Part shown: positions 36,001-46,182 of the stretch, piece after piece
Layout of the letters: each line of letters opens with the position of its first letter
Position numbering within the stretch: position 1 is the first letter of the stretch
Assembly (NCBI GenBank): GCA_051530055.1
Contig: CM121342.1
Location: 10,245,480 to 10,309,479, forward strand
Direction of reading: 5' to 3'
Origin: Neoechinorhynchus agilis
Lineage: Eukaryota; Animalia; Acanthocephala
DNA length: 64,000 bases
The notes under the pieces: model-generated
What the model was told of the DNA's origin: nothing
The model's input: only the letters and a program-made list of their open reading frames with translations
The model's database searches: none
Translations under genes and position numbers: made by a program

Positions 36001-36123
36001 GGAGTATAAAACCGTACGCGTGAACCAATGAGTGTGTACGCTCGTGTGTATTTGTGATGGATATGTGTGCATGTGAATCATTACTTTAACGCTGACATAG
36101 CTAGTATTTATTGCCACTAAAAT

Positions 36124-37860
36124 TTACTCTTCATCATAGATATTCTTCATACTTTTGAGGATATAACTTGGTAGTGCCCTCAATAAGGCAATGAGGCTTG
36201 CCAAATCTCCTCGGGGTCGTCCACTTCCTCTATTCGAGAATCTTTTAAGTTCTCTAAAGAATTCACTTTCACTTAGATATCCGTCACCGTTCACATCAAA
36301 CATGGCGAATAATGAGTTGACAATGGTGTCGGACAAATGAACATCTGCAAGATCCAGAGCTATTCGCTTAAGAAGCCGTTTATCGAGGCCATGATCACTC
36401 CCACGTGACCCGAGTTGTTTGCTTGCATAAAGAAAGAAAAATCTCTTTGCGTCAGGTATCTTATCTAAGAATTGAGTAAAGTCTCTGTACTCTTTAAACG
36501 ATATTCGTGAGTTTATTCCATTTGCTCTTATTTGTTCACGAGCACTTTCTTTCATTTGCTTTCGGCGTCGATCTGATCGGAATATATAGGTCGATAAAAG
36601 TCTACAGAACGCGTTTGGTGTGAGTGATGGCTCAGCGTTTTCAACATCGTCAGTGGCGAGCGTTGCGTGTCGCATGAAGGCGATCCAATTTAGTTCATCA
36701 TGTAGCTGATTAAAGAACGCTAGAAACTCATCGAGAGTCAGGATACCTTTAAAGTTGGGAAAAAATACATATTGGAGACTACCATGAACGTAAAGAGAAG
36801 CCAGAGGATTGTCTGTATTCACATAATCCGTTTTTTCTGAATGTATGGAACCTGCCGTCTTTTTGGTTAAAATTAATCTCATCTTTGCATACTCATGAGG
36901 TTCAATACTGCCATTGTCGTCTACATCACCGATTCTCATATTCTTTGACATTCCAACGAGTATCTGTGATTTTCGTCAATCATACGAAAAACGTAACGAA
37001 GTTGCTCGATTGGAATGGTCAATGTTGTCGCTAGGAATACGAAATCTGCGTAGGACAATAGGCCTCCTTCTACAAAACGGTCAAATACACTTTTAGGTGG
37101 AAACAGACTGTCACGTTCTTCAAGTTGGCGCCAGTTTTGTTTAGATGGATCGAACCGCTTAAAACGGTCAAGGTCTGTGTGAGTGGCTTTTTACCGAGAG
37201 CAACATTATTATTTTGGTCTTAGAAAACAAGCCCAATGTAATTATCGGACATAAATGCAAAATTTAAAAGTCACTCATTTTTAAGCCTTCCGGTTGCGGT
37301 ATATCGGGAGTAAGCGCCCTAATGAAATCTGATCGAGTCATCAATATTCTATCCGGGCACTGTTTGTGGTCAGAATTTGTCCGGAGGGTAGCAAAATATC
37401 GGAAGACTTTATCATGGGTTGAGAAGTTCCTAATGCGGTTCTCATAGGAGATGATTTTCCGCTGTCTGAAAGTTGGTCGAGGCCGTGTTAAATCGTCTTC
37501 ATTAAGCACTTGCATGTGGTCGAATCCATCTTCAAGGTCTTCCCCGATATCTTCTTCGTGTCTTTCCTCAATCTCCGTTTCCTTCAGACCGTTACAAGCG
37601 TAGACCCAGCTTCTCAGATTAAATCCTTGGCGATAATATTTGTAAAAGACGCATGCGCTTAGAATAAGTGCTCCAACCTTGTGGAGATGATAAAACCAAG
37701 GTTTCGATATCTTTTGGTGAGCAAAATTTTCGTAACTATGCGCAAATCGAGTGAATCTTCTGCACAGGTAACGCGGATCATTGAACGGGATGGTCGTTGG
37801 CGATATTGAACCTAGCAATCGATTATGTTTGAGAATCAACAATGAGTTTCGAAACGGCAT
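36124..37860 (-). CDS. MICU1: Mitochondrial calcium uptake protein 1; GT-AG intron 37175-37274 plus a 50-nt non-canonical insert; 528 aa when joined
   Basis: FRQRKIISYENRIRNFSTHDKVFRYFATL, LMTRSDFIRALTP, LDRFKRFDP, GLLSYADFVFLATTL, EF-hands D(V/E)DDNGSIEPHE and FDVNGDGYLSESEF; 1737-100-50=1587 nt in frame. Confidence 0.92.
36922..36973 (-). other. Non-GT-AG 50-nt intervening sequence in MICU1 EF-hand 1 (AA...TA, hairpin ends)
   Basis: Minus strand gacgAA-a-atcacagatactcgt...atgagaatcggtgat-g-TAgac; removing 50 nt restores FRMID(V/E)DDNGSIE; ends pair at 13 of 15 positions including one G.U. Confidence 0.75.
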
Positions 37861-39656
37861 TTTAGATGTGCATTCAATCTGACGTTATATCTATGGTGAG
37901 AGAACGACTGGACATTTGATAGGGTAGAAACTTAAGAAGTAAATGTAGTTAAAGCACAATTAAAAAGACGTATTCAATGGGGAATGTTGTATTACCTATT
38001 TGTTACATTCGATCACAAATACAAACTAGATAATGCTTTTAAACAGATGAAAACTTGAACCTTATTCAGATTCCAAATTTGCATGCTTTGATAATTCTAT
38101 GAAAAAATGTGGCAATATTTAAGTGGGCAAATATTTTCACTAACCTTTTACCCGCATGCTTTAGAAACATCTATGGCTTTAGATCTGTAACTTGAGACTT
38201 CGTTACGAACATTAAAGCAGATTTCGGAGCTAGATTTTGCACGAATTTTCCCCGGCGACTAAAGAATGTTATGTCGCCATATACAATGCAAACAAGCATT
38301 CGGTATGTGTTTCTTCAAAACAGAATCAAGGATAAGTTTAACATGTTGACTTTACATTCATCAAATTGTCTTCATTTGACAACTAAATTAGAATTTCGCC
38401 CAATGAGATCTGAAACACTAATCAGTTACTGATCTGTTGCAAAGATACAAATAATTTTAGAAATTGATTTGTAAAGAGGATAACCAATATTCTGTTTTAA
38501 ATAAACAAGGAATTTATTTTACTACATTCTGACATCGATTAACTTTTACGATTAATTGTATGCATTTTTTTAGGAATTTTATTGAAAGTTTATGCAGCAA
38601 GGAAAACTACGAGCTCAAAAAGTGTCTCATGTGAGTTACGTTATTTTGAATTTTTTGGTGGGTTTGCGTCTATATGATTGAGTGCAAAAGACGTCCTACG
38701 CATTTTTTTATTATAAAATTTAAAGTCGCAAATCAAAGTCGAAATATTTGAGTTACATTCTTGCAACACCGAAGACGAAATAGTCAGATAAGGAAAAATA
38801 ATTTAGAAAACCGGCAAACAATTCTAAAGAAGTCCAACGTAAGGACGAAATATTAAATTAAAATTGAATTATTTTTCTTTACTTCGCCTTGATAACATAT
38901 TTCCGTTCTCAAAGACATGAATTTTATGCGCATAAACGTTGAATGAGATATCCTAAATTAGTTCCTTGAGAAGTGAAAACGGCGAGATTAATGAAGTGCA
39001 CTCATGGAAAAATTTGAAAATCTATATGACTAATCAGACTGAATAATTCAAAGTTAATGATTTATTAAGAAATGTTATTCATCTCACTTGAATGCTTTTG
39101 TCTGACGAGACGCCTCGAGTTTCTTAGTATCAATAAAAGAAGTGAATTTGATCAACATTTTCGAATACGAAAACATATCGACGCGTTTCTCTTCAATTGA
39201 TTTTACGGTCAGAATTAAAGTCGTAAATTTATGCTAAAAAAGAGTACGTAAGTAAACAATTCTTGATTTTGAAGAACGGTAGTGCGTTATTTGTGGAACT
39301 GTTTAGAAACCTTGACTAAGAATAATCCAATATAGATCACTTTTTCGACATGCAAAAACCATCTCATGAATATTCGAGGACTGGAATGCAATTATATCAG
39401 AACCACGCTTCAGCTGTCTTATCGTTTTGTGGGAAACACCCTTTTGCCTACTTTGTTCGTCACCTATAAGGAAAGATCCTTGTAACTCGTTTTGACACGA
39501 TAATGCGATCATTCCGATGCGCGGCCATTATCGGTAACTAAGTCAAGTGGTCGACTATTTAACAAAAAATATTAACACAATTTTTGTTCCAGCGACTAAC
39601 GAACATATTTTAAATGTGTTTATAAAGCGGAAAGTTTAAAAGAATTTATTACGTCT

Positions 39657-39783
39657 GATATTTCATAGGCACAATAATGTACGCGTTCTGATCAAGGTTG
39701 CTTGTAAGTTTTTAAATATGTGAGTAAAAAAACTTACAAGCAACATTGACAGAATGCGCACAAGATTGTGTGGTCGAAATATC
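39657..39783. mobile_element. Degenerate foldback element (family C) related to the hammerhead-bearing sequence at 1-55
   Basis: gatatttc...gttgcttgtaagttttt / aaaaacttacaagcaac...gaaatatc inverted arms; gttgcttgtaagtt shared with 37-50. Confidence 0.7.
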
Positions 39784-39901
39784 GAATTTAATAATACTCC
39801 TTTAATTTCTAACCGCCGTATAAAAACTTGAACGATTCAATCTTCAAACATATTATAAATGTTGAAGGATAGAAGTTTTACTTAGCAATCAAAGGTGACA
39901 T

Positions 39902-40115
39902 AAAAATGTCGATATGCAAGGCACCGGGCGATATGATTGGAATTATTGTTTAGAACTCTTCACCCGCGGTAAAGGATTATTTATTAAAGACGTTCTGCCA
40001 ACCTCGTCGGGTTCACTATCTGAATTTTAGAACTGATGATGAACCCGACGAAGTTCCAGGAACGTCTTCAATAAATAATCCTTTACCGTGAGTGAAGACT
40101 TATAAACAATAATTC
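39902..40115. mobile_element. Foldback element (family B): unpaired tail + inverted arms, 12-nt target duplication
   Basis: Arms ggaattattgtttag...gggttcactatc and gatgatgaacccg...aaacaataattcc; caaaggtgacat at 39890-39901 and 40116-40127. Confidence 0.85.
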
Positions 40116-40593
40116 CAAAGGTGACATGGATTTCCTTTACTGATTAAATTAGGATCATCTTACAAATCGCCTTGAATTTGACCACAAAATGATTTCAATG
40201 ATGTCCTGTATCTAAAATATGAAATTTGTTTTAAAAAAACGAGTTTTCACGATTATTTAAATCTTTATTTAGCTTAAGGACCACAATAAAATTGAAAATT
40301 AAGAAGAGTTATTTTAAGTGAGAAAATGGAAATTAGCGAAGAACTATAGCAGTGCAAAAAATGCCCACGATTTTTAAAGCAAATTTTTACAAATGAGCTT
40401 TTAACAAATTGTTATTTAGATTGCTTGTCGAAACCCGATTGAGATCATTAAAGTCGAATGAATATTCTTTTTTAATGCGATCCCTCTTCTCGGGTGTTCA
40501 TAGGTGACCAAAATAATGACAAATCTAACCACCCGAATGTAATCTTCAATAAGAGTTTTTAATAACCTATTGCCAAATTTAAATGTAATTAAA

Positions 40594-40956
40594 TCTATTT
40601 TTGAAGACTGGCCAGCCGGCAACTTTTATTAAGTATCTATATGTGGCCTCACGGCTTATAATTTTCCTTGGGCCACACAGCCCACCGATCTGGTTCAGGG
40701 AAGCGTAAAAAATCACTCAATATCCCTCTGAACCAGAAGGTCATGAGTTTGTACATCCTGTGGATCCTCAGATACCTCCCGAGGAGGCGAGACTCATCAG
40801 TCGTCCCCATTGGTTGTGCGTCATTGGCGGTAACGGATTCAAACCAGTCCGGAGGAATGTACAAACTCATGACCGTGTGGTTCAGCAGAGTATTAAGTCA
40901 TTTTATGTGCTTCCCAAAACCACAGCCGCGCCAAAGGCCGCACATGGACACTTAAA
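40594..40956. mobile_element. 363-bp nested-palindrome element, copy 1
   Basis: About 7 differences from the copy at 63073-63435; long imperfect inverted arms. Confidence 0.85.
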
Positions 40957-41802
40957 TCTACTCAAATATCTTGATTGGATAAAAGAGAATGTTCAATTGA
41001 AAGGAACTGGAACCCATTTTTAATTTTCATAAACACGAACCTTTAGCAACGACGGGCGTCTAAAATTTTAATGAAACGGATCACTTTTTATTATCTCTAA
41101 AGTTCAAAAGAAAATGTCCAACGAGTACAATGATCGCGTGACGTCTTACAACGAAAGTCTAACTAAACATTATCTTCAGTTTTGCGAAATCTTGTAAAAA
41201 TTAAAGAAAGATTAACTTCTCACCAGGTTTCCGGTATTTTGTTGGAGGCACAAAGACTAAATGTGGCAACGATCTCGAATTTCGGGCACTAACGGGATAG
41301 ATTTTTTTCCCATATAAAACGCATTTTATTTTTCTTTAGTTTTCTCATCCCCAGATTTAAATTCACTAATTTACTTCCGATATTTCACGTTGGAATGCTT
41401 CCTCAGTTTTAGCAAATCATGCGGTAAATTGTGGACATCAAATTGATTTTGATGGCGTCAATGTGTGATAATGGAAGCCATCGATTCAATCGATTTAAGG
41501 TAATAAAGCGAACATATTAGTTTAAAATTGTCAAATTTAAAAGGCATAGGTTTGGCATTTTAAATAAATCTAAGATCGACGATAATTTCGGGATTATCCA
41601 ACGTGAAATACCTGAAATTAGTGAACTCAAATTCGAAGAACAAGAAAGTCTCTTTTCCTTCGTCATAGACAATAATCCAAGACACATTTTATTGAGATGT
41701 TTCAATAAAGTATGTTTAATCCAGGGGATTATGATGGTCGCATCTAAAAACTCCTATTTTTCTCTAAATGATTAAAATCGAATTAACTACTTCCCAATTT
41801 AG

Positions 41803-43994
41803 ATGTGCACTCCTCTTTCATTTATTAATGAATTCGTTCAATGCGCCGGAGATCATCATAAAGTTCAAGCTCATAGCTCAATCACTCAATATTTTACTCA
41901 GAATTATCCGGACACATTGTCCCCCGATGATGTTAGCCCGGAACATGGGACGATCTTTCATCTACTCACAATTTACGTTTGTAGTCTTAAGCAAACTAAC
42001 CAAATTCTCGATTGGTTTCATGAGTATACGCGCTCGAATAACTCTCCTGAACCTTTTCAATGTTTAACACTCCAAGCAGCGTTCAATGATGTCGTGAGAG
42101 AATGTGCTATACAATGTAGATCGAACAGTGATAAAAAGCGTTTATTGGCGGACATATTAAGTCTATGGAAACTATGGCCTTCAAAAACAATCACCAGCAT
42201 GTTTTCAGTGGTCGCTCAATTCACTTATGAACTGCATTCGGCTTTAGGAACCCGTATGGTTCATGAACACGTTAACGGCTTACCTTTCAATGATTTGGAA
42301 ATGGATTCTTTGGATATTCTGCGATTTGCTTTTTACATGTCACGCGGCCTATTCGAGTTAGCCAATGGTGGTCTTATTGACTTTCTAAGCCTTTAAAGTT
42401 TATCATTTTAAACCGCTCGAGCAATTCACTAGGCAATGATTTTAACAATTAACTAAATGCTCAAAAGCTTTTAGAATTTTCCACGAAAAGGACGAAGGTC
42501 GAAAGCTAAATACGTTAGTTTCTTAAGATTTCCCTCGCGAATTATCGAAACGATACTGGAAAAATATGCGTTGCGCGTTAATTCCCTTAATGCAATTTGA
42601 AGAATTGTTGACTATGCTTTCAGGGACCAAAGTTTGTTCGGCGAAATACGTCGGTGTCTTTACTGACAATAATCTCTTAGTGGAATTATTTGATTTCAAA
42701 AGATTTCATATTCGATAGTACTTAGTGCGCAATACTTACCACACACCAGATCTTGGTTCAAAATCGTCCATCTGTCCTGTAATGAAGCTTTTACATCCTT
42801 TCCGAGGCTTTATTTTAGTATCGCGAACGGAATGAATCGGGTTTTTAGGGTTTCCAATCTTTGTTTCTCTTGTCAGCAAATCGTACCTCACCACAAACCA
42901 AATCCTGGTTCAAAATCGTCCGTCTGTCCAGTTGTAAGCCTCTCCATCCTTTCTGAGGTTTCATTTTGTGGATCTCGAGCAGGAGAAATCCGATTGAGGG
43001 TAATTTAGTAGCCGCCTCTTGACAGTTCAAATCTCCACTGTTCGACTCAGTGTCGAGGAGTCGAACCGCGGTCTCCCGCGTGACACTGCGGCGATTAAAA
43101 CCTTTGTGTATCTTCTGTAAATAATATTTTAATGATTAATTGCTTTTTTTTGAAGACCTTACAAAGATTCCGTCATCTATTGGACTCCCCACAGCAATAT
43201 GACCGAGTTACTCAATATAAATTCGAAAAGACCACCATTGAAAGAAAAATTTGAGCAAGCGCTGCCCTACATGGAGCTGTTTCTCGAAATAGACATTTGT
43301 GATCTGAATCCTAAACACATGGATGACATTGCTCTAATCTACACTTTGTATTTGATTGCAATCATCGTGACCACTAATCCTCCAATAGAATATAATCCAA
43401 AGAAAGACAAAATCCAAGCGCTTAAAGGCCGTCTTCGGGAATCCACAGTAAAAACGATTCTATCTTCAAATGTTCAGTTAACACATCTAACAGACTTCGT
43501 GAAACCTTTGGCATCACAAAATTACCCTTTGGTTCAACGAGCTATCGAGTCCCACAGCGATATGTTTAAATTGAGAGAGGTGTGTTACTTCATTTTAGAG
43601 ACCTTAAAATTCGGAACACATCTTTCTTTTTAAAATTCTGAATATTTATGAATTCATGAGCGAAAGGTTTGTTTGTGTAATGATGTGGCACGAGTTGGAC
43701 ACAATATCCTGTGCTTTCAATCGAATTCCGAAACGACCAGAAACGAGTAGTAAGCTCGTGAATGAGACCATTAAAAGAATAAACGAGTTAATGACAAGTA
43801 TTGGATGGGATGCACGGCCGCCAATGCACCTCGTTCCTCTAAAAGTTAAAGTGAAAGATGGAATTATAAACTTTGAAAGAAATCGAATGCAATTATGCGA
43901 TAAAGTGCTCATGTCAACAATAACGAGCGTTAATAAAGTTTCTCTATATTTTAGCGACTCCATCGTCCGAAGGCAGCAACGTACAGTGAACTAG
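41803..43994 (+). other. Cluster of coding-like ORFs (41803-42396, ~42520-42720, 43199-43633, 43656-43994); multi-exon orphan gene or pseudogene
   Basis: Protein-like composition on the same strand; junctions cannot be resolved; no family recognised. Confidence 0.4.
42725..43105 (-). mobile_element. SINE-like element: tRNA-Asp-derived head + duplicated RTE-like 3' tail
   Basis: TGTCACGCGGGAGACCGCGGTTCGACTCC at ~43058-43086 matches the 3' half of tRNA-Asp(GTC) while the 5' half is degenerate; downstream, two tandem ~140-bp copies (ggttcaaaatcgtcc.tctgtcc). Confidence 0.6.
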
Positions 43995-45133
43995 CTACAA
44001 GGCCAAAGATACCGGCTTTGATGGATGTCTTAATGCCCTTCGTACTCCGAAATAGAGCAGCGGCGGCAGTGCCAGCGGCGATCGTGTTCAATTCATCGTC
44101 AACATTTCCTCTTGTTTTACTCACGGCGACACCCAGCAGGCTGTAGAGAAGAGCTAAATGAAGAAAATTGCGGTTAAAGTACAATTCAATTGTGTTTGAA
44201 GATTTAAACATTTCATGCTTGTTTATGGCGGACTTCAACGCAACTTGAGAAAATAACCTTGATCAAAAGGTTTACGAGATTGTGTGCCTTCGAAATATAT
44301 GGGATTTTACGAAATTCCTTTAATTTTCACCGTCATAAACAAGCAATTCGATTCTTATCAATTTCAAATGAAATACATAATTAGAAAATTAATATTACAA
44401 GAATCCTGAGGAAATTAATAAACATTGCCGATGTGTGAGGCGGTACCGCGAATTGTATGATTAGAGAATTATTGTTTAGAAGTCTTCACACCTTTAAAGA
44501 GTTTATTAAAGACGTTCTACGAACCTCACCGAGGGTTCATCATCAGTTTGTTTGTTTTTAATAGACACAAACAAACTGACGATGAACCCCCAGTGAGGTT
44601 CGCAGAATGTCTTTAATAAACTCTTTAAAGTGGCGAAGAAGACTTCTAACCAATAATCCTAATAGACATTGCAGTTTTTCAAATTCCTAGGCAAAAAATA
44701 TTACCTAAAGATCCAAAAGACGAAGAACCGGCCGTCCCATGTTTTGTAACATGATTAAGAACCCTAAAGGAAGTGTAAAATCGAAACTGATTGTCTGATA
44801 ATCTTACATTGTTCTTTTAAGATTTCGGGAAAGTATGGCATTTTCTCGCGTGTTCGCTTCCCTTAGACCAGTGTAAAGGCCATTTGTTCCAGCGAATAGA
44901 CCACCCGCTAAGACTGCCCCGCCGATTGTGAAAAACATGAGTTCAAGTCGTCCGCGTTGCTCCACTTGCCCTTCAGGCACGATGAATTGTGGCTGTTGAG
45001 CAACTTGAGAAAACCGGGAGTCTGTGTAAGGACTGAGGTACGATAGGACGTGAGGTTCATTCCTTGAATCCCTCCTTGAATCTTGTACAAATGATGAGAA
45101 AAATCCAGACGGACGATGGGATTGATCGTTCAT
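43951..45133 (-). CDS. TIMM23: Mitochondrial import inner membrane translocase Tim23; exons 45133-44808, 44763-44705, 44153-43951
   Basis: PQFIVPEG...RGRLELMFFTIGG, VLNHVTKHG, GSLALLYS, DDELNTIAAGT; both introns GT-AG; 588 nt in frame. Confidence 0.92.
44429..44659. mobile_element. Foldback element (family B) inside TIMM23 intron 2, 13-nt target duplication
   Basis: Inverted arms around gtttgtttgttttta; taata(a/g)acattgc at 44416-44428 and 44660-44672; same tail motif as 39902. Confidence 0.85.
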
Positions 45134-45875
45134 TTCAACTGTCTCTTTTGCAGCAGCCTAAAAGGTCGTCTGCACTCGCGACAAACGGCCGTGATTCTTC
45201 CGATTTGACGTGACGATTTTTTTGAGAAAATTCGCATGAGTCTTAGTTGATTTTAAAGCATTGACGTTCAAAAGGAATAAACTTCTTCTCATGCTCCATC
45301 GGCAATTAAACGTACACAAAAACATAAATTGTTTGAAACTTTATGTGCTCATAAGTTGGTTGTTTTATGGGGCGTAGAAAAATTACACTGATTCTAAAAC
45401 TGGCGATTGGTTTCGACGAGACACAATCTTGTGAACGCCTTTTAATCAAGGTCTTATTGATTCTTTCGTATACATTTTGGTCAACCAAAAAATATTTAAG
45501 TTTGGGCGCGTTTGAATCAAAAATGTGCCAAAAAACTTGATCAATCGTGCGGATGGATGATTAATTGCTTGACGTTGAAAATGGATAAGTTGATTCCACT
45601 ACTGTCACACGTTCAAATAGCGATTTAATCCTAGAGTACAACGAGGCGATGGGGACGGTCGAGGAAGGGCAAAAGCTGGAATTTGGCGGGAGGTGGTGAG
45701 TCTGCTTCGAACAGATTGTTTGAATTATTAAAAATATATTATGTTGGTCGTACAAAAAAACAATTTATATTTAATTGGTGACATTGTAATGAATTAAAGG
45801 TTCTACGAGAAAACAACCAATATGAACAATTAAATCTTCAAATATATAAAAAGGGGCGAAATCCGAAATCTAAAT

Positions 45876-46131
45876 ACCCGGACAAAAGTTCGAAATAAAG
45901 GCAATTTCTATTAACCTCGATCGGATGCAAATTCCAAAGTAAAATCTAGTAGATTTACTGCGTGCCACTTGTTATCTTTTCTTCGTTAAGTATTATTCGC
46001 CGTCCTCAATTGTCGCCCGAATGCGTGCAGTGTTGCCTCTCATCACCGGTTGTAACCTGAAGGCGTCGCTTCAGATCCTTCAGGAGTTAAAGAACCTCGC
46101 TACCAAGAGATCCTTTAGTTTTACAAACATT
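45876..46131 (-). mobile_element. Short CRE-like 3' fragment with a 31-nt target duplication
   Basis: LKDLKRRLQVTTGDER and RGNTARIRATI remnants; tataaaaa(g/a)gggcgaa(a/g)tccgaaatctaaat at 45845-45875 and 46132-46162. Confidence 0.65.
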
Positions 46132-46182
46132 TATAAAAAAGGGCGAAGTCCGAAATCTAAATGTTGGGATAAAATCTTCTAG

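Noticed and set aside
37167-37274. First MICU1 junction as another non-canonical insert (TGAC or TTT direct repeats)
   Set aside because: A canonical gtgact...cacacag intron (37175-37274) keeps the frame and gives LDRFKRFDP, which fits MICU1 better.
40785-40810. Hammerhead at CTGATGAGTC in the loop of the 363-bp element (minus strand)
   Set aside because: No stem II closure followed by GAAA could be built.
43040-43110. Functional tRNA-Asp gene
   Set aside because: The 5' half, D arm and acceptor stem do not match; treated as a SINE head.
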